A stretch of 64,000 nt of DNA, taken from contig CAVPJU010000006.1 in NCBI GenBank assembly GCA_963705505.1, positions 160,001-224,000 on the forward strand, read 5' to 3'. Positions 1 through 9,212 of this stretch are shown here, in pieces; position 1 is the first letter of the stretch, and each line of letters opens with the position of its first letter. Source of the stretch: an uncultured bacterium. GTDB lineage: Bacteria; Desulfobacterota_D; UBA1144; Nemesobacterales; UBA2774. The position numbers and the translations under genes are program-made. Below the pieces are notes generated by a model. It had not been told where the DNA came from, did no database searches, and worked only from the letters and a program-made list of their open reading frames with translations.

Positions 1-469
1 CGGATAAAATAGCCTCGGACCGGGGACCCTGTAAAGCGATCTGGGAGAATTCGGGACTCCTGTCAGTTATCTCGATATCATAGCCGTCGTTGGCCCTGAG
101 GACCCAATCATGGTCTTTGGCCGTATTGGAAGCATTAACACAGAATAAAAAATTCTCATCCGAGAGCTTATATAAAATTACGTCGTCCACGACCCCGCCT
201 TCATGGTTGCAGAAGAGAGTGTATTGAGCCTCATATTCTCTGACTCCGTATACGTCATTGGTCGTTATAAACTGGCAGAACTCGGCCGCCTCTTTTCCCT
301 TTATTTCTATTTCTCCCATATGGCTCACATCGAAAAGCCCCGCACCCCTTCTGACCGCGAGGTGCTCCTCCCTGACACCTTCGTACTGAACCGGCATCTC
401 CCATCCGGCAAACTCGACTATTCTCGCTCCCAGCCGTTTATGAATGGGATACATCGCCGTTCTCTTCAT
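1..469 (-). CDS. gcvT: Glycine cleavage system aminomethyltransferase T (N-terminal part; runs off window)
   Basis: Not in ORF track. Manual translation from ATG at 469: MKRTAMYPIHKRLGARIVEFAGWEMPVQYEGVREEHLAVRRGAGLFDVSHMGEI..., the typical GcvT N-terminus (F-x-GW-x-MP, EH-x-AVR, LFDVSHMG). Confidence 0.95.
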   Translation of the reverse strand, partial: MKRTAMYPIHKRLGARIVEFAGWEMPVQYEGVREEHLAVRRGAGLFDVSHMGEIEIKGKEAAEFCQFITTNDVYGVREYEAQYTLFCNHEGGVVDDVILYKLSDENFLFCVNASNTAKDHDWVLRANDGYDIEITDRSPEFSQIALQGPRSEAILS

Positions 470-480
470 CGCACACTAAT

Positions 481-509
481 TGTTTAACAACTCATGATAG
501 GATTGTCAA
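481..509 (-). promoter_or_regulatory. Putative sigma-70 promoter of gcvT
   Basis: Minus strand TTGACA-N17-TAAACA just upstream of the gcvT start. Confidence 0.45.
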
Positions 510-684
510 TAACGGGGGAGGTAAATATTTAAGAGGCCGGGCTGCCAGATAAATTAACAGACCGGGATAACAGGTATGGGCAGAGACCGGGTAAATAGAA
601 TTATTTAGTTTCTGAAAGATTATAAAAATGATTTAGTAGTAGCGAGAAAAAAACGAAGAATTCGGATTTATCACGAAGGAGCAG

Positions 685-1392
685 TTATTCGGCACCCAGG
701 GTCGTGACTATGTCCCTGTACCTGAGCGGCACAAAATCGAGGTCGTTCACATAATTTCGAACGCCGCTTTCGTCGACCCACACGTATATCGTTTGCTCTT
801 CGGAAGGCGGGGGGGTGGAGTACTCGATAACGGAATCCTCGGCTGGTTCAGTATATGTATGACCTGCATCTGAATTATCCTGACGGTAGTCCGCGGGCGA
901 TGGTGAATCCTGACCGAACTGATTTACCTCCAGGTTGCTCGGTCTTTCGAGAGTGGTGCCCATTGTAGTCCCGTAACCGAGCGGATAGTCGGGGTCGGCA
1001 TTAGCATAATAATCCGTATAAGGCGCATAACCGCCGTAGTAACCGAAATAGTAGTACGGCGCATAGAGGGGATTAAATTTATGCGGGCCGTCATGGTGAT
1101 GATTGTGACCCTGCCAGTTGTCATGACCGCCGTGCGAATTACCGTTATTATCACAAAAATCATGCCGGTTGTTACGGTTGTTGTTGAAATTGTTATTGAA
1201 CCCCCGGTCCTGACCGGAGTTGCGGTTTTGCCCGTTCTTTCCGGGCATATTATTGGGCCGGGCTTGGTTATTCGTAACCTGTTTTGACTGCCCCATCTTT
1301 TGCCCGAGCTTCGGTTCGGCAGAATACGTCGATAGCGGGAATATTATTAAGACTGATATGATAACTACTAAGCGTGCAAGTCTTATTTTCAT
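685..1392 (-). CDS. Secreted low-complexity protein with C-terminal DUF4124-like motif
   Basis: Signal peptide, N/H/G/Y-rich middle, C-terminal IYVWVDESGVRNYVNDLDFVPLRYRD resembling DUF4124. Alternative start at 1404. Confidence 0.65.
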   Translation of the reverse strand: MKIRLARLVVIISVLIIFPLSTYSAEPKLGQKMGQSKQVTNNQARPNNMPGKNGQNRNSGQDRGFNNNFNNNRNNRHDFCDNNGNSHGGHDNWQGHNHHHDGPHKFNPLYAPYYYFGYYGGYAPYTDYYANADPDYPLGYGTTMGTTLERPSNLEVNQFGQDSPSPADYRQDNSDAGHTYTEPAEDSVIEYSTPPPSEEQTIYVWVDESGVRNYVNDLDFVPLRYRDIVTTLGAE

Positions 1393-1474
1393 TACCCCGT
1401 TCACACCCTGATATAGTATACATTAGCGCAGATCACTTTAGATAGTCATTATTTGTTTCTTCACTCGTTTGGCT

Positions 1475-2987
1475 TCATCCCGAAAAACGCTCGTTTTTGA
1501 ACAAATTAGCCACAATTGGCTTCGTAACCTTGCCCATCTGGTTACGGGGAAGCTCTTTGATCACTAAAATCCTCGACGGAACCTTATATGGGGCAAGCCT
1601 CTCCCTGCACCATTCCCTGAGCGATTCCAGACTCACCTCTTTGTCCCCGGTCATGACGAGGGCCGCGCACACCCTCTCTCCCCACTCTTCATCCTCTACG
1701 CCTACGACTGCGCATTCCTCTATGCCCGGGTGCCCCCTCAGGACCTCCTCTATTTCGAGAGCTGAAATTTTATATCCCCCGCTCTTAATAATGTCGACGG
1801 ATTTCCTCCCGAGTATCCTGTAGATCCCGTCCCTGTTGCGCTCGGCGAGGTCGCCGGTCTTAAACCATCCCCCCTCTGTGAAAGCTTCAGCGGTGGAATC
1901 GTGTTTATTCCAGTATTCGAGAAAAACGTTTTTTCCTCTTACAACGATCTCGCCCGTCCCCTCGCCTGCGATTACGCTCCCGCCTTCGTCAATGAGCCTC
2001 ACATCCACTCCCGGCAGGTGTCCGCCCACATGACCGGGCATTCTCTTCACCCCGGAGAGGATTTGAAAGCGCCATGCCGATCTCGGTCATCCCGTACCTT
2101 TCAAGGAGCACATGGCCGCTTATCTCCCTCCATTTCTCTAAAGTGCTGACCGGTAAAGCCGCAGAGCCCGAAACCATCAAGCGCATCTTCCGGCATGCCC
2201 CGCTCATTATCTTCTTTTTCTCATCCGGGGCCTCGTCCCATGAACGGATGAGCCTCGAATATATGGTCGGGACAGCCATAAACAGCGTGTAGTCATTTTC
2301 TATGAACTTTTCCCATACGCCCAAGGCGTCAAAGCCCCGCACTAATTCGCACCGTGCGCCCGACCAGAGAGCGCATAGTAGCGCGTTCAGGATGCCGTGT
2401 AGGTGGTGAAGAGGGAGCACGTTGAGAATGAAATCATTTCGAGACCACTCCCATGCTTTTACGAGCGAGGTGATCTGGGCCTTGATGTTGGCGTGTGTGG
2501 TAACCACACCTTTGGGCCTGCTCGTTGTCCCGCTTGTGTAGATTATCATCGCCCTCCGCTTCTCGCTCACCTGAGGCAGACGCCGATTTTTAGAAGAGAG
2601 GGCCTCTTCCGACCCCATAAACCTCGCCTTCCTGCGACGAGCGAGATTCCTGAGCCTGTCTTCAAACTCAGGCGACGCAATTACGACTTCGGCGCCGCTG
2701 TCATGAAGCACATAGTCGAGCTCGGGGTCGGGATGAGAGACGCACAAAGGTACCGCAATCCCTCCCGCGCGCCACACGCCGAGAATGACCGCAACGTACT
2801 CGAAGCTGGAAGGAATTAAGAATGCGACCCTCTTTTCGTTTAAATCTTTCTCACCGTCGAGAAGGTTAAAGGCGACTGATTCAGAGGATTTTTCCAAATC
2901 GCCATAGGTATAAGACCCCTTATAATCGGTGATCGCAACGTTACCCCTGTACCCGGATACTTTTTTAACCAGCTCTATATGATTCAT
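1475..2987 (-). pseudogene. Acyl-CoA synthetase (MatB/ACSF3 malonyl-CoA synthetase-like), split by a +1 frameshift near 2045
   Basis: YTSGTTSRPKG and ERYGMTE in ORF 1989..2987; GWFKTGD and LPRNQMGK in ORF 1475..2050. Removing one base from GGT GAA G AGA ATG restores G-E-R-M-P-G-H-V-G. May be a sequencing error. Confidence 0.85.
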
Positions 2988-3094
2988 AAACCGACCTTAT
3001 AAGTCGTCCTCCCTGTATTCTAACCCCGGCTTCATGACTCTAAATTATAATTAGCCCCAAATATTTGGTAAAATTAGTTTATATTCAAGATAAA

Positions 3095-3637
3095 ATGGAC
3101 ACGGTAAATATTTTGGAAATAGCGGAGCTGGGGAATCCCGCGCTCAGGGAGAGGGCATACGAAGTCGAAGACATACATGACCCCGGGGTGCAGAGCTTTA
3201 TAGACGATCTTATCGTAACGGGGCTTAATGCGAACGGCGTCGGTATCGCCGCTCCGCAAGTATCCGTGCCCAAACGCATATTCATAGTTTCTTCCCGCCC
3301 GAATATCCGGTACCCGAACGCGCCCGTAATGGAGCCGACAGCGATAATCAATCCCGAGATAGTTTCATACTCAGAGGAAACCGTAAAGGACTGGGAGGGA
3401 TGTCTCAGCATTCCGGGCATAAGGGGACTAGTCCCGCGCCACAGATCCGTGCGTGTCAAATACCTCTTGAGAGACGGAACAAGGGAGGAGAGAGAGTTCT
3501 CCGACTTTATCGCGCGGATATTTCAGCACGAATACGACCATCTGAACGGGGTCCTTTTCCTCGACCGCCTCGAGTCAAACAAGGATATAATTACGGAAAG
3601 GGAATACATGAAGCTCTTGCACAGAGAATCGGAATAA
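3095..3637 (+). CDS. def: Peptide deformylase
   Basis: GVGIAAPQ, EGCLS and QHEYDHL motifs; likely start ATG 3095. Confidence 0.95.
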   Translation: MDTVNILEIAELGNPALRERAYEVEDIHDPGVQSFIDDLIVTGLNANGVGIAAPQVSVPKRIFIVSSRPNIRYPNAPVMEPTAIINPEIVSYSEETVKDWEGCLSIPGIRGLVPRHRSVRVKYLLRDGTREEREFSDFIARIFQHEYDHLNGVLFLDRLESNKDIITEREYMKLLHRESE

Positions 3638-3650
3638 ACCGGAGAGAATA

Positions 3651-4436
3651 ATGACCTTCCTGAAATATTCGGCTGTAATAGCAACCGTGCTGTTTTACGC
3701 CGCGCTTTCCATTGCCGGGGATGATAACGATACTATATTCCAGACTTCGACGATCGGCGCGCTCATGGAGGGGGTCTATGACGGGAATTTCACATACGGT
3801 GAATTGAAAAAGCACGGAGACTTCGGTCTCGGAACGCTCAACGACCTCGACGGAGAGATGATAGGTCTCGACGGGGTTTTTTATCAGGTGAGATCGGACG
3901 GGAAAGTGTATGTCGTGCCGGATACGGCCAGGACGCCCTTTGCCGCGGTCACGTTTTTCGAGCCTGACAGGAGCCTCACGCTCGCAAAGCCGCTCGGATG
4001 TAAGGAGCTCGAGAGTTATCTCGAAACCCTTTTACCCTCGAAGAACATATTCTACGCCCTGAAGATAGAAGGGAGCTTCGACTATGTAAAAACCAGAAGC
4101 GTCCCGAGGCAGAAAAAACCGTTCCCGCCCCTTGCCGAAGTCGTCAAGCACGAATCGTTCTTCGAGTTCAACGACATAAAGGGGACTATGGTCGGTTTCT
4201 GGCTCCCCGAATACATGAAGGATATAAACACGACCGGATTCCATCTCCATTTTATTACCGGGGACAAAGGAGCCGGGGGGCACGTGCTTGACTGCACTGT
4301 AAATAACGTGAGGATAGAAATCGACTATACGAGGAAGCTAGATATATCGCTTCCGGAAACGAGTGACTTCTATAACGCGGATTTGACAAAAGCGGGCGGC
4401 AGCGAAGTTAACAAAGTGGAAAACGAAAAAAACTGA
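3651..4436 (+). CDS. budA: Alpha-acetolactate decarboxylase with N-terminal signal peptide
   Basis: QTSTIGALMEGVYDG, HGDFGLGT..LDGEM, GFHLHF..GGHVLD (Zn-binding His motif). Confidence 0.9.
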   Translation: MTFLKYSAVIATVLFYAALSIAGDDNDTIFQTSTIGALMEGVYDGNFTYGELKKHGDFGLGTLNDLDGEMIGLDGVFYQVRSDGKVYVVPDTARTPFAAVTFFEPDRSLTLAKPLGCKELESYLETLLPSKNIFYALKIEGSFDYVKTRSVPRQKKPFPPLAEVVKHESFFEFNDIKGTMVGFWLPEYMKDINTTGFHLHFITGDKGAGGHVLDCTVNNVRIEIDYTRKLDISLPETSDFYNADLTKAGGSEVNKVENEKN

Positions 4437-4531
4437 ACGGCTGCAATTTACAATCGAGAAGGCGGGAGCGGAGGACCGCTGCGGATCGTCGCGCTCGTCC
4501 CGGAAACGAATTGAGCGGGTAAAATATAAAC

Positions 4532-4927
4532 ATGAATACCGGAATTCAAACCAGAAAACGGGCGATCGAAGAAGGGAAACAGAGGGACATCACGGAAGCG
4601 GCGAAGGAGGCCGGACTCCTGGTGCCGGTATTTATAACTTCCACTGTTTGGGATAAATGGATTACGCCCGACGAAGATGGCCCGAGGACCGTGGAAGACG
4701 AGAAGATGAGGCTCAGAAGCATACTGGACAAGCTCTTATACTTTATCAGGGTCCACCGCCAGACCAATAGATCCAATCTTATATATTTCCCCGTCCCTTT
4801 TACAAAGGAGGGGAAAGAGGAAAACGTACAGCTTATGTCCCACCTCGGCCCGCTCGAGAGGGCTGACCAGAGACCCTGCATCACCATAATGACCCCGGAG
4901 GAATACGACCTCGAAAAAGGGGTATAA
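4532..4927 (+). CDS. Hypothetical protein, DUF6573-like
   Basis: TRKRAIEEG..DITEAAKEAG..PV..T..VW and terminal P(C)ITIMxPEE match my recollection of DUF6573. Confidence 0.55.
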   Translation: MNTGIQTRKRAIEEGKQRDITEAAKEAGLLVPVFITSTVWDKWITPDEDGPRTVEDEKMRLRSILDKLLYFIRVHRQTNRSNLIYFPVPFTKEGKEENVQLMSHLGPLERADQRPCITIMTPEEYDLEKGV

Positions 4928-5068
4928 AGAATAGCGCCTTTACATCCATGATACCGACCGTCCATTTGAGAGAGTGAAAACCGGGAGCCCTCGTTTTCAT
5001 AAGCATGGGACAAGCCGGTCATACAGAAACTCTAAATAATGTATAATATTCCATGACCGGGACTGGTT

Positions 5069-6211
5069 ATGGAATATAGAGAAATTTATCTCGATAACAA
5101 CGCAACTACGAAGCCGCTTCCCGAAGTCAGGGAAGAGGTCTATAAAATACTGGGCGATGAATTCGGGAACCCTTCGAGCGCTCACTCGACCGGCGAAAGG
5201 GCCAGGAGGTATCTGGCCAATGCCCGGAACCAGGTAGCGGAACTCATCGGATCGAGCCCCTCTAAAATCACTTTCACGAGCTCGGGAACAGAGTCAAACA
5301 ATATGGCGTTTTATTCCTGCACAAGGGACAAGGGAAAGAAATGCCGCGTCATCACGAGCACCGTCGAGCACTCATCGATAAGAAAAATGTGCAGCTACCT
5401 TTGCATAAACGGTGTGGAAATAAAGCTGATCCGGGTAGATTCGAAAGGCCTGGTTAACCTCGACGAGCTGAAGAAAACGATAAACGAATACACGACGCTC
5501 GTTTCCATACAGTGGGCTAACAACGAAACAGGGGTCGTACAGCCTGTAACCGAGATCGGCGAAATCTGCCGCGAGAGCGGAGTCCCGTTCCATACGGATG
5601 CGGCTCAGGCCGTAGGGAAAATAGAAATGAGGGTAGAGGACCTCCCGATCGATTTCCTGTCGTTTACCGGGCATAAATTCCACGGACCCCAGGGCGCGGG
5701 AGTCATATACTCGAGAGATAAGTTCATGCTCGCGCCGATAATGTTCGGTGGGTTTCAGGAGGAGGGATTCCGTCCGGGGACCGAGAATCTTCCGGGGATT
5801 GTAGGACTGGGTAAGGCGGCTGAGCTCAGAAAGAAGGACCTCTTAAAGCTCATTTCGTACATGAAGGAATTGAGGGACAGGTTCGAGGCCATGATACTCG
5901 ATTTCATCCCGGGGACCAGGGTAAACGGTGACATAAAGAACAGGATATGCAACACCACTAACATTATGTTCGGAGGAATAGACGGGAGGAAGCTCGTCAG
6001 AGAGCTGGACGAGGTCGGGGTAAGGTGCTCCCAGAGCTCCGCATGTACTAATTTCGAAGTTTCTCCCTCGTACGTGCTATGTTCGATGGGGCTCTCCGAA
6101 AAGGACGCATATTCCAGTATCCGCTTCAGTTTTTCCGTGGAGAACACTTTTGAAGAAGTCGATAGAGCGGTTGACCTGATCAGAAATCTGTGCGACGAGC
6201 TGAGGGCTTGA
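5069..6211 (+). CDS. Cysteine desulfurase (IscS/NifS family)
   Basis: IYLDNNATT, GNPSS, HTDAAQAVGK, GHKFHGP (PLP lysine), SQSSAC (catalytic Cys). Confidence 0.93.
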   Translation: MEYREIYLDNNATTKPLPEVREEVYKILGDEFGNPSSAHSTGERARRYLANARNQVAELIGSSPSKITFTSSGTESNNMAFYSCTRDKGKKCRVITSTVEHSSIRKMCSYLCINGVEIKLIRVDSKGLVNLDELKKTINEYTTLVSIQWANNETGVVQPVTEIGEICRESGVPFHTDAAQAVGKIEMRVEDLPIDFLSFTGHKFHGPQGAGVIYSRDKFMLAPIMFGGFQEEGFRPGTENLPGIVGLGKAAELRKKDLLKLISYMKELRDRFEAMILDFIPGTRVNGDIKNRICNTTNIMFGGIDGRKLVRELDEVGVRCSQSSACTNFEVSPSYVLCSMGLSEKDAYSSIRFSFSVENTFEEVDRAVDLIRNLCDELRA

Positions 6212-6341
6212 AGATACGACCGCCATTCCTAACCACCCATAAAACATACTGCTGCGACAAATCCCAAACATCGATTTATTACCCGACTGACAACGTGCAA
6301 ATCCCGCCTTCCGGCAAATATCGGGAACCGGAAAATAAACC

Positions 6342-6902
6342 ATGGACAAGGAAAAAAAGAATATCCTTATAACCGGGCTCCCCGGCATAGGGAAAACCAC
6401 CCTTATAAAGCAGCTGCTTTATAAATTAGAGAGATACGATCCGGTAGGGTTTTACACGGAGGAGATACGGCACAAGGAGGAGAGGAAAGGGTTTCAGATC
6501 GTAAGCCTGGACGGGAAGAGGTCGATCCTCGCCCATGTTTTTATCGACAGCCCCTACCAGATCGGCAAGTATAAAGTGGACATCAACGGTTTCGACTCTT
6601 TCCTCGATTCCTTAAACATTCATGAGCATAAAAATAACCCGATAATTATCGACGAGATCGGCAAAATGGAGTGTCTTTCCGTAAAATTCGTGAGGATGAT
6701 ACAGGAAATACTGGACTCAGAAAATATCGTTATAGCGACAATTGCCCATACGGACGGTGGCATCAAGGGGAAAATCAAGGAAAGAGATGACGTACGGCTT
6801 TTTAAAATGAATCTCGAGAACAGGGAAACCATTATAGACGAGATAATAGAGACCCTGAGGAATTTCCCGCAATTAAGTCAATTGGGGGACGATGAGCAGT
6901 GA
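6342..6902 (+). CDS. NTPase (THEP1/NTPase_1 family)
   Basis: ITGLPGIGKTT Walker A, GFYTEEIR, IIIDEIGKME. Confidence 0.9.
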   Translation: MDKEKKNILITGLPGIGKTTLIKQLLYKLERYDPVGFYTEEIRHKEERKGFQIVSLDGKRSILAHVFIDSPYQIGKYKVDINGFDSFLDSLNIHEHKNNPIIIDEIGKMECLSVKFVRMIQEILDSENIVIATIAHTDGGIKGKIKERDDVRLFKMNLENRETIIDEIIETLRNFPQLSQLGDDEQ

Positions 6903-6944
6903 TTCCCCTTAGTTGAGAGAAACCGTTTTAACGAACTCATCCCC

Positions 6945-7592
6945 TTACCGCGGGCATGAATCAAGGCAGTTATACTCGGCCTCCTTGCACCCGCCGAGGC
7001 ACTCTCCGCGCTTTCCGCCGCCGGAACCTTCTTCCGAAAACATACCGCAGCTTACTTCGCATTCCTTGCGCTTTTCACCGCAGGGTCCTTCGCATGGGTT
7101 ATTCTCGTAGACCTCCGGATTAAACGTCGGAGCGGCATTAGGGTTCGCACAAAAGTTATTACACTTATCGAGTTCCACACCGCAGTCCTTCAAACAAGCC
7201 AACTTTTTGACGCTGGCTGCGCCGCCGCCTGTATACTTCGTGCATTCCTCGGCGCAGTCCTTGTTCTTATACTCGCAGGCACCCGTGCAGGACTTATCGT
7301 GATAGGCCTCGGGCCTGAGCGTAGGACGCGGGGTCGGGTTTACGCACCCCTTGTTACACTCGATAACTTCATTGCCGCAGGCATTTAGGCACTCCCTCTT
7401 TTTCTCGTTCTCGACTCCTCCGCCCATTATTTGAGAGCAGGAGAGCTCGCAATTCTTCCGGGAATTCTCACAGCTGTCGGGGCATGAAATTTCACCGGAA
7501 TTATCCGGGTCATCCGCGCCCCGGGATGAGTTAATACAGGGAATGAGTGAAAGGAGGGGTATCAAAATCAGCGCCGGCAGGAGTCTATACAT
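6945..7592 (-). CDS. Secreted cysteine-rich protein with three 8-Cys repeats
   Basis: RBS GAGGA before ATG 7592, signal peptide, three repeats of C-x3-C-x6-C-x3-C-x15-C-x3-C-x6-C-x3-C. Confidence 0.8.
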   Translation of the reverse strand: MYRLLPALILIPLLSLIPCINSSRGADDPDNSGEISCPDSCENSRKNCELSCSQIMGGGVENEKKRECLNACGNEVIECNKGCVNPTPRPTLRPEAYHDKSCTGACEYKNKDCAEECTKYTGGGAASVKKLACLKDCGVELDKCNNFCANPNAAPTFNPEVYENNPCEGPCGEKRKECEVSCGMFSEEGSGGGKRGECLGGCKEAEYNCLDSCPR

Positions 7593-7746
7593 GGTATCAT
7601 CCTCAATTAATCTCATTCATGAATCTACCTGTGATTTCAGGGATTATGAAGAGAGAGATATCCGCACGGGGGCAGGCGGAGGGGAATTCGGCGAGGCAGC
7701 CGTAGTTCCTTGTTACATAATTACGCGCTCGTTATAATTTGAAGCA

Positions 7747-9075
7747 ATGGATTCGGAACAGTTAAGAAGAGACGCAATTTCAATATTCGAGGCGGGTCTT
7801 AAAGCGGTCGATCCGGTGGACGCCGTAAAAAGACACATGAGGCTCAAGAACGGCATTCTCGCGCTCGACGGCCGGAGATACAACCTCTCGGAATATGAAA
7901 ACGTTTACGTAATCGGAATGGGAAAAGCGGCCGCCTCCATGGCCCGCGCCGTTGAGGAGATATTGGGAGAGAGTCTTACGGCCGGGATAATAAACGTTAA
8001 ATACGGGCATACAGCCGAGCTCAAGAGCGTAAAAATAAATGAAGCGGGCCATCCCGTGCCGGACGCTGCCGGTCTCAGCGGGGCGCGGGAGATCGTCGGG
8101 CTCCTAGGGAAAACGGGAGAAAACGACCTCGTGATCTGCCTCATATCGGGTGGAGGGTCTGCGCTGCTACCGCTGCCGGCAGAAGGCCTTACGCTCGAGG
8201 ACGAGCAGAATCTCACTAAAATATTGCTTGAATGCGGAGCCGCTATACACGAGATGAACGTACTCAGGAAGCACGTCTCTCAGGTCAAAGGAGGACGGCT
8301 CGCGAGGCTCGCTTACCCTTCTGCGGTGATTTCGCTCATACTGTCAGACGTGACGGGGGACGACCTCGACGCGATTGCCTCGGGCCCTACAGTCCCCGAC
8401 AAAAGCACGTTCGGAGACTGCATAAATATCATCGAAAAATATGACCTCGGAGAAAAGCTCCCGCGTCGGGTGCTCAGGTACATAGAAAAGGGCTTGAGCC
8501 GGGAGATCGAAGAGACGCCGAAACCCGGCGACCCGGCTTTTGACCGCACGCAGAATATGGTAATCGCGAGTAACATCATGGCCGCCCTCGCGGCAAAAGA
8601 TAGGGCCTCAGAGCTCGGATACAGGAGCCTCCTCCTCTCCACTTTCATAAGCGGGGAGACGACAGGGGCGGCCAGGATGCACACCGCAATCGCCAGGGAG
8701 ATAATCTCGTCCGGAAACCCCGTGGATAAACCCGCGTGCATCATATCGGGCGGGGAGACGACCGTAACGATAAAAGGCAAAGGGTCCGGCGGCAGGAATC
8801 AGGAATTCGTACTGTCGGCGGCAATCGATATCGAAGGACTTGAAAATGTTCTTGTGCTGAGCGGCGGGACCGACGGGACCGACGGCCCTACCGACGCAGC
8901 GGGGGCGATTGCGGACGGCACAACGATAGGAAGGGCGCGAATATTGGGATTGAACGCATACGAACGCCTCAGCGAAAACGACTCCTACAATTTTTTTAAG
9001 CCGCTCGGCGATCTCCTCTACACGGGACCGACAAATACAAATGTTATGGATTTAAGGGTTATACTGGTGGCATAA
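7747..9075 (+). CDS. Glycerate 2-kinase / TtuD-like (MOFRL family)
   Basis: GMGKAAASMA, EAGHPVPD, LISGGGSAL, GGETTV, GGRNQE, GTDGTDG, TGPTNTNVMD. Confidence 0.93.
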   Translation: MDSEQLRRDAISIFEAGLKAVDPVDAVKRHMRLKNGILALDGRRYNLSEYENVYVIGMGKAAASMARAVEEILGESLTAGIINVKYGHTAELKSVKINEAGHPVPDAAGLSGAREIVGLLGKTGENDLVICLISGGGSALLPLPAEGLTLEDEQNLTKILLECGAAIHEMNVLRKHVSQVKGGRLARLAYPSAVISLILSDVTGDDLDAIASGPTVPDKSTFGDCINIIEKYDLGEKLPRRVLRYIEKGLSREIEETPKPGDPAFDRTQNMVIASNIMAALAAKDRASELGYRSLLLSTFISGETTGAARMHTAIAREIISSGNPVDKPACIISGGETTVTIKGKGSGGRNQEFVLSAAIDIEGLENVLVLSGGTDGTDGPTDAAGAIADGTTIGRARILGLNAYERLSENDSYNFFKPLGDLLYTGPTNTNVMDLRVILVA

Positions 9076-9212
9076 AGCCGATGAATTTTAATAAAAGATC
9101 AGAAATATATAATAATATGCAGTATGGGAATGAGACCAGCTCCGACAAAAAACTGTCAGACCGACGACTCTTCTGATATACTTAAAAAACCGAACGTGAA
9201 GGGTTAATATAA

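Noticed and set aside
203..487. 94-aa plus-strand ORF
   Set aside because: Antisense shadow of gcvT.
470..684. Glycine riboswitch upstream of gcvT
   Set aside because: No aptamer motifs seen, and the candidate promoter is too close to the start codon to leave room.
5069..6902. DndA/phosphorothioation or ISC/SUF locus
   Set aside because: No dnd/ssp, iscU or suf genes adjacent.
6945..7592. Multiheme cytochrome or ferredoxin
   Set aside because: No CxxCH or CxxCxxCxxxC motifs.
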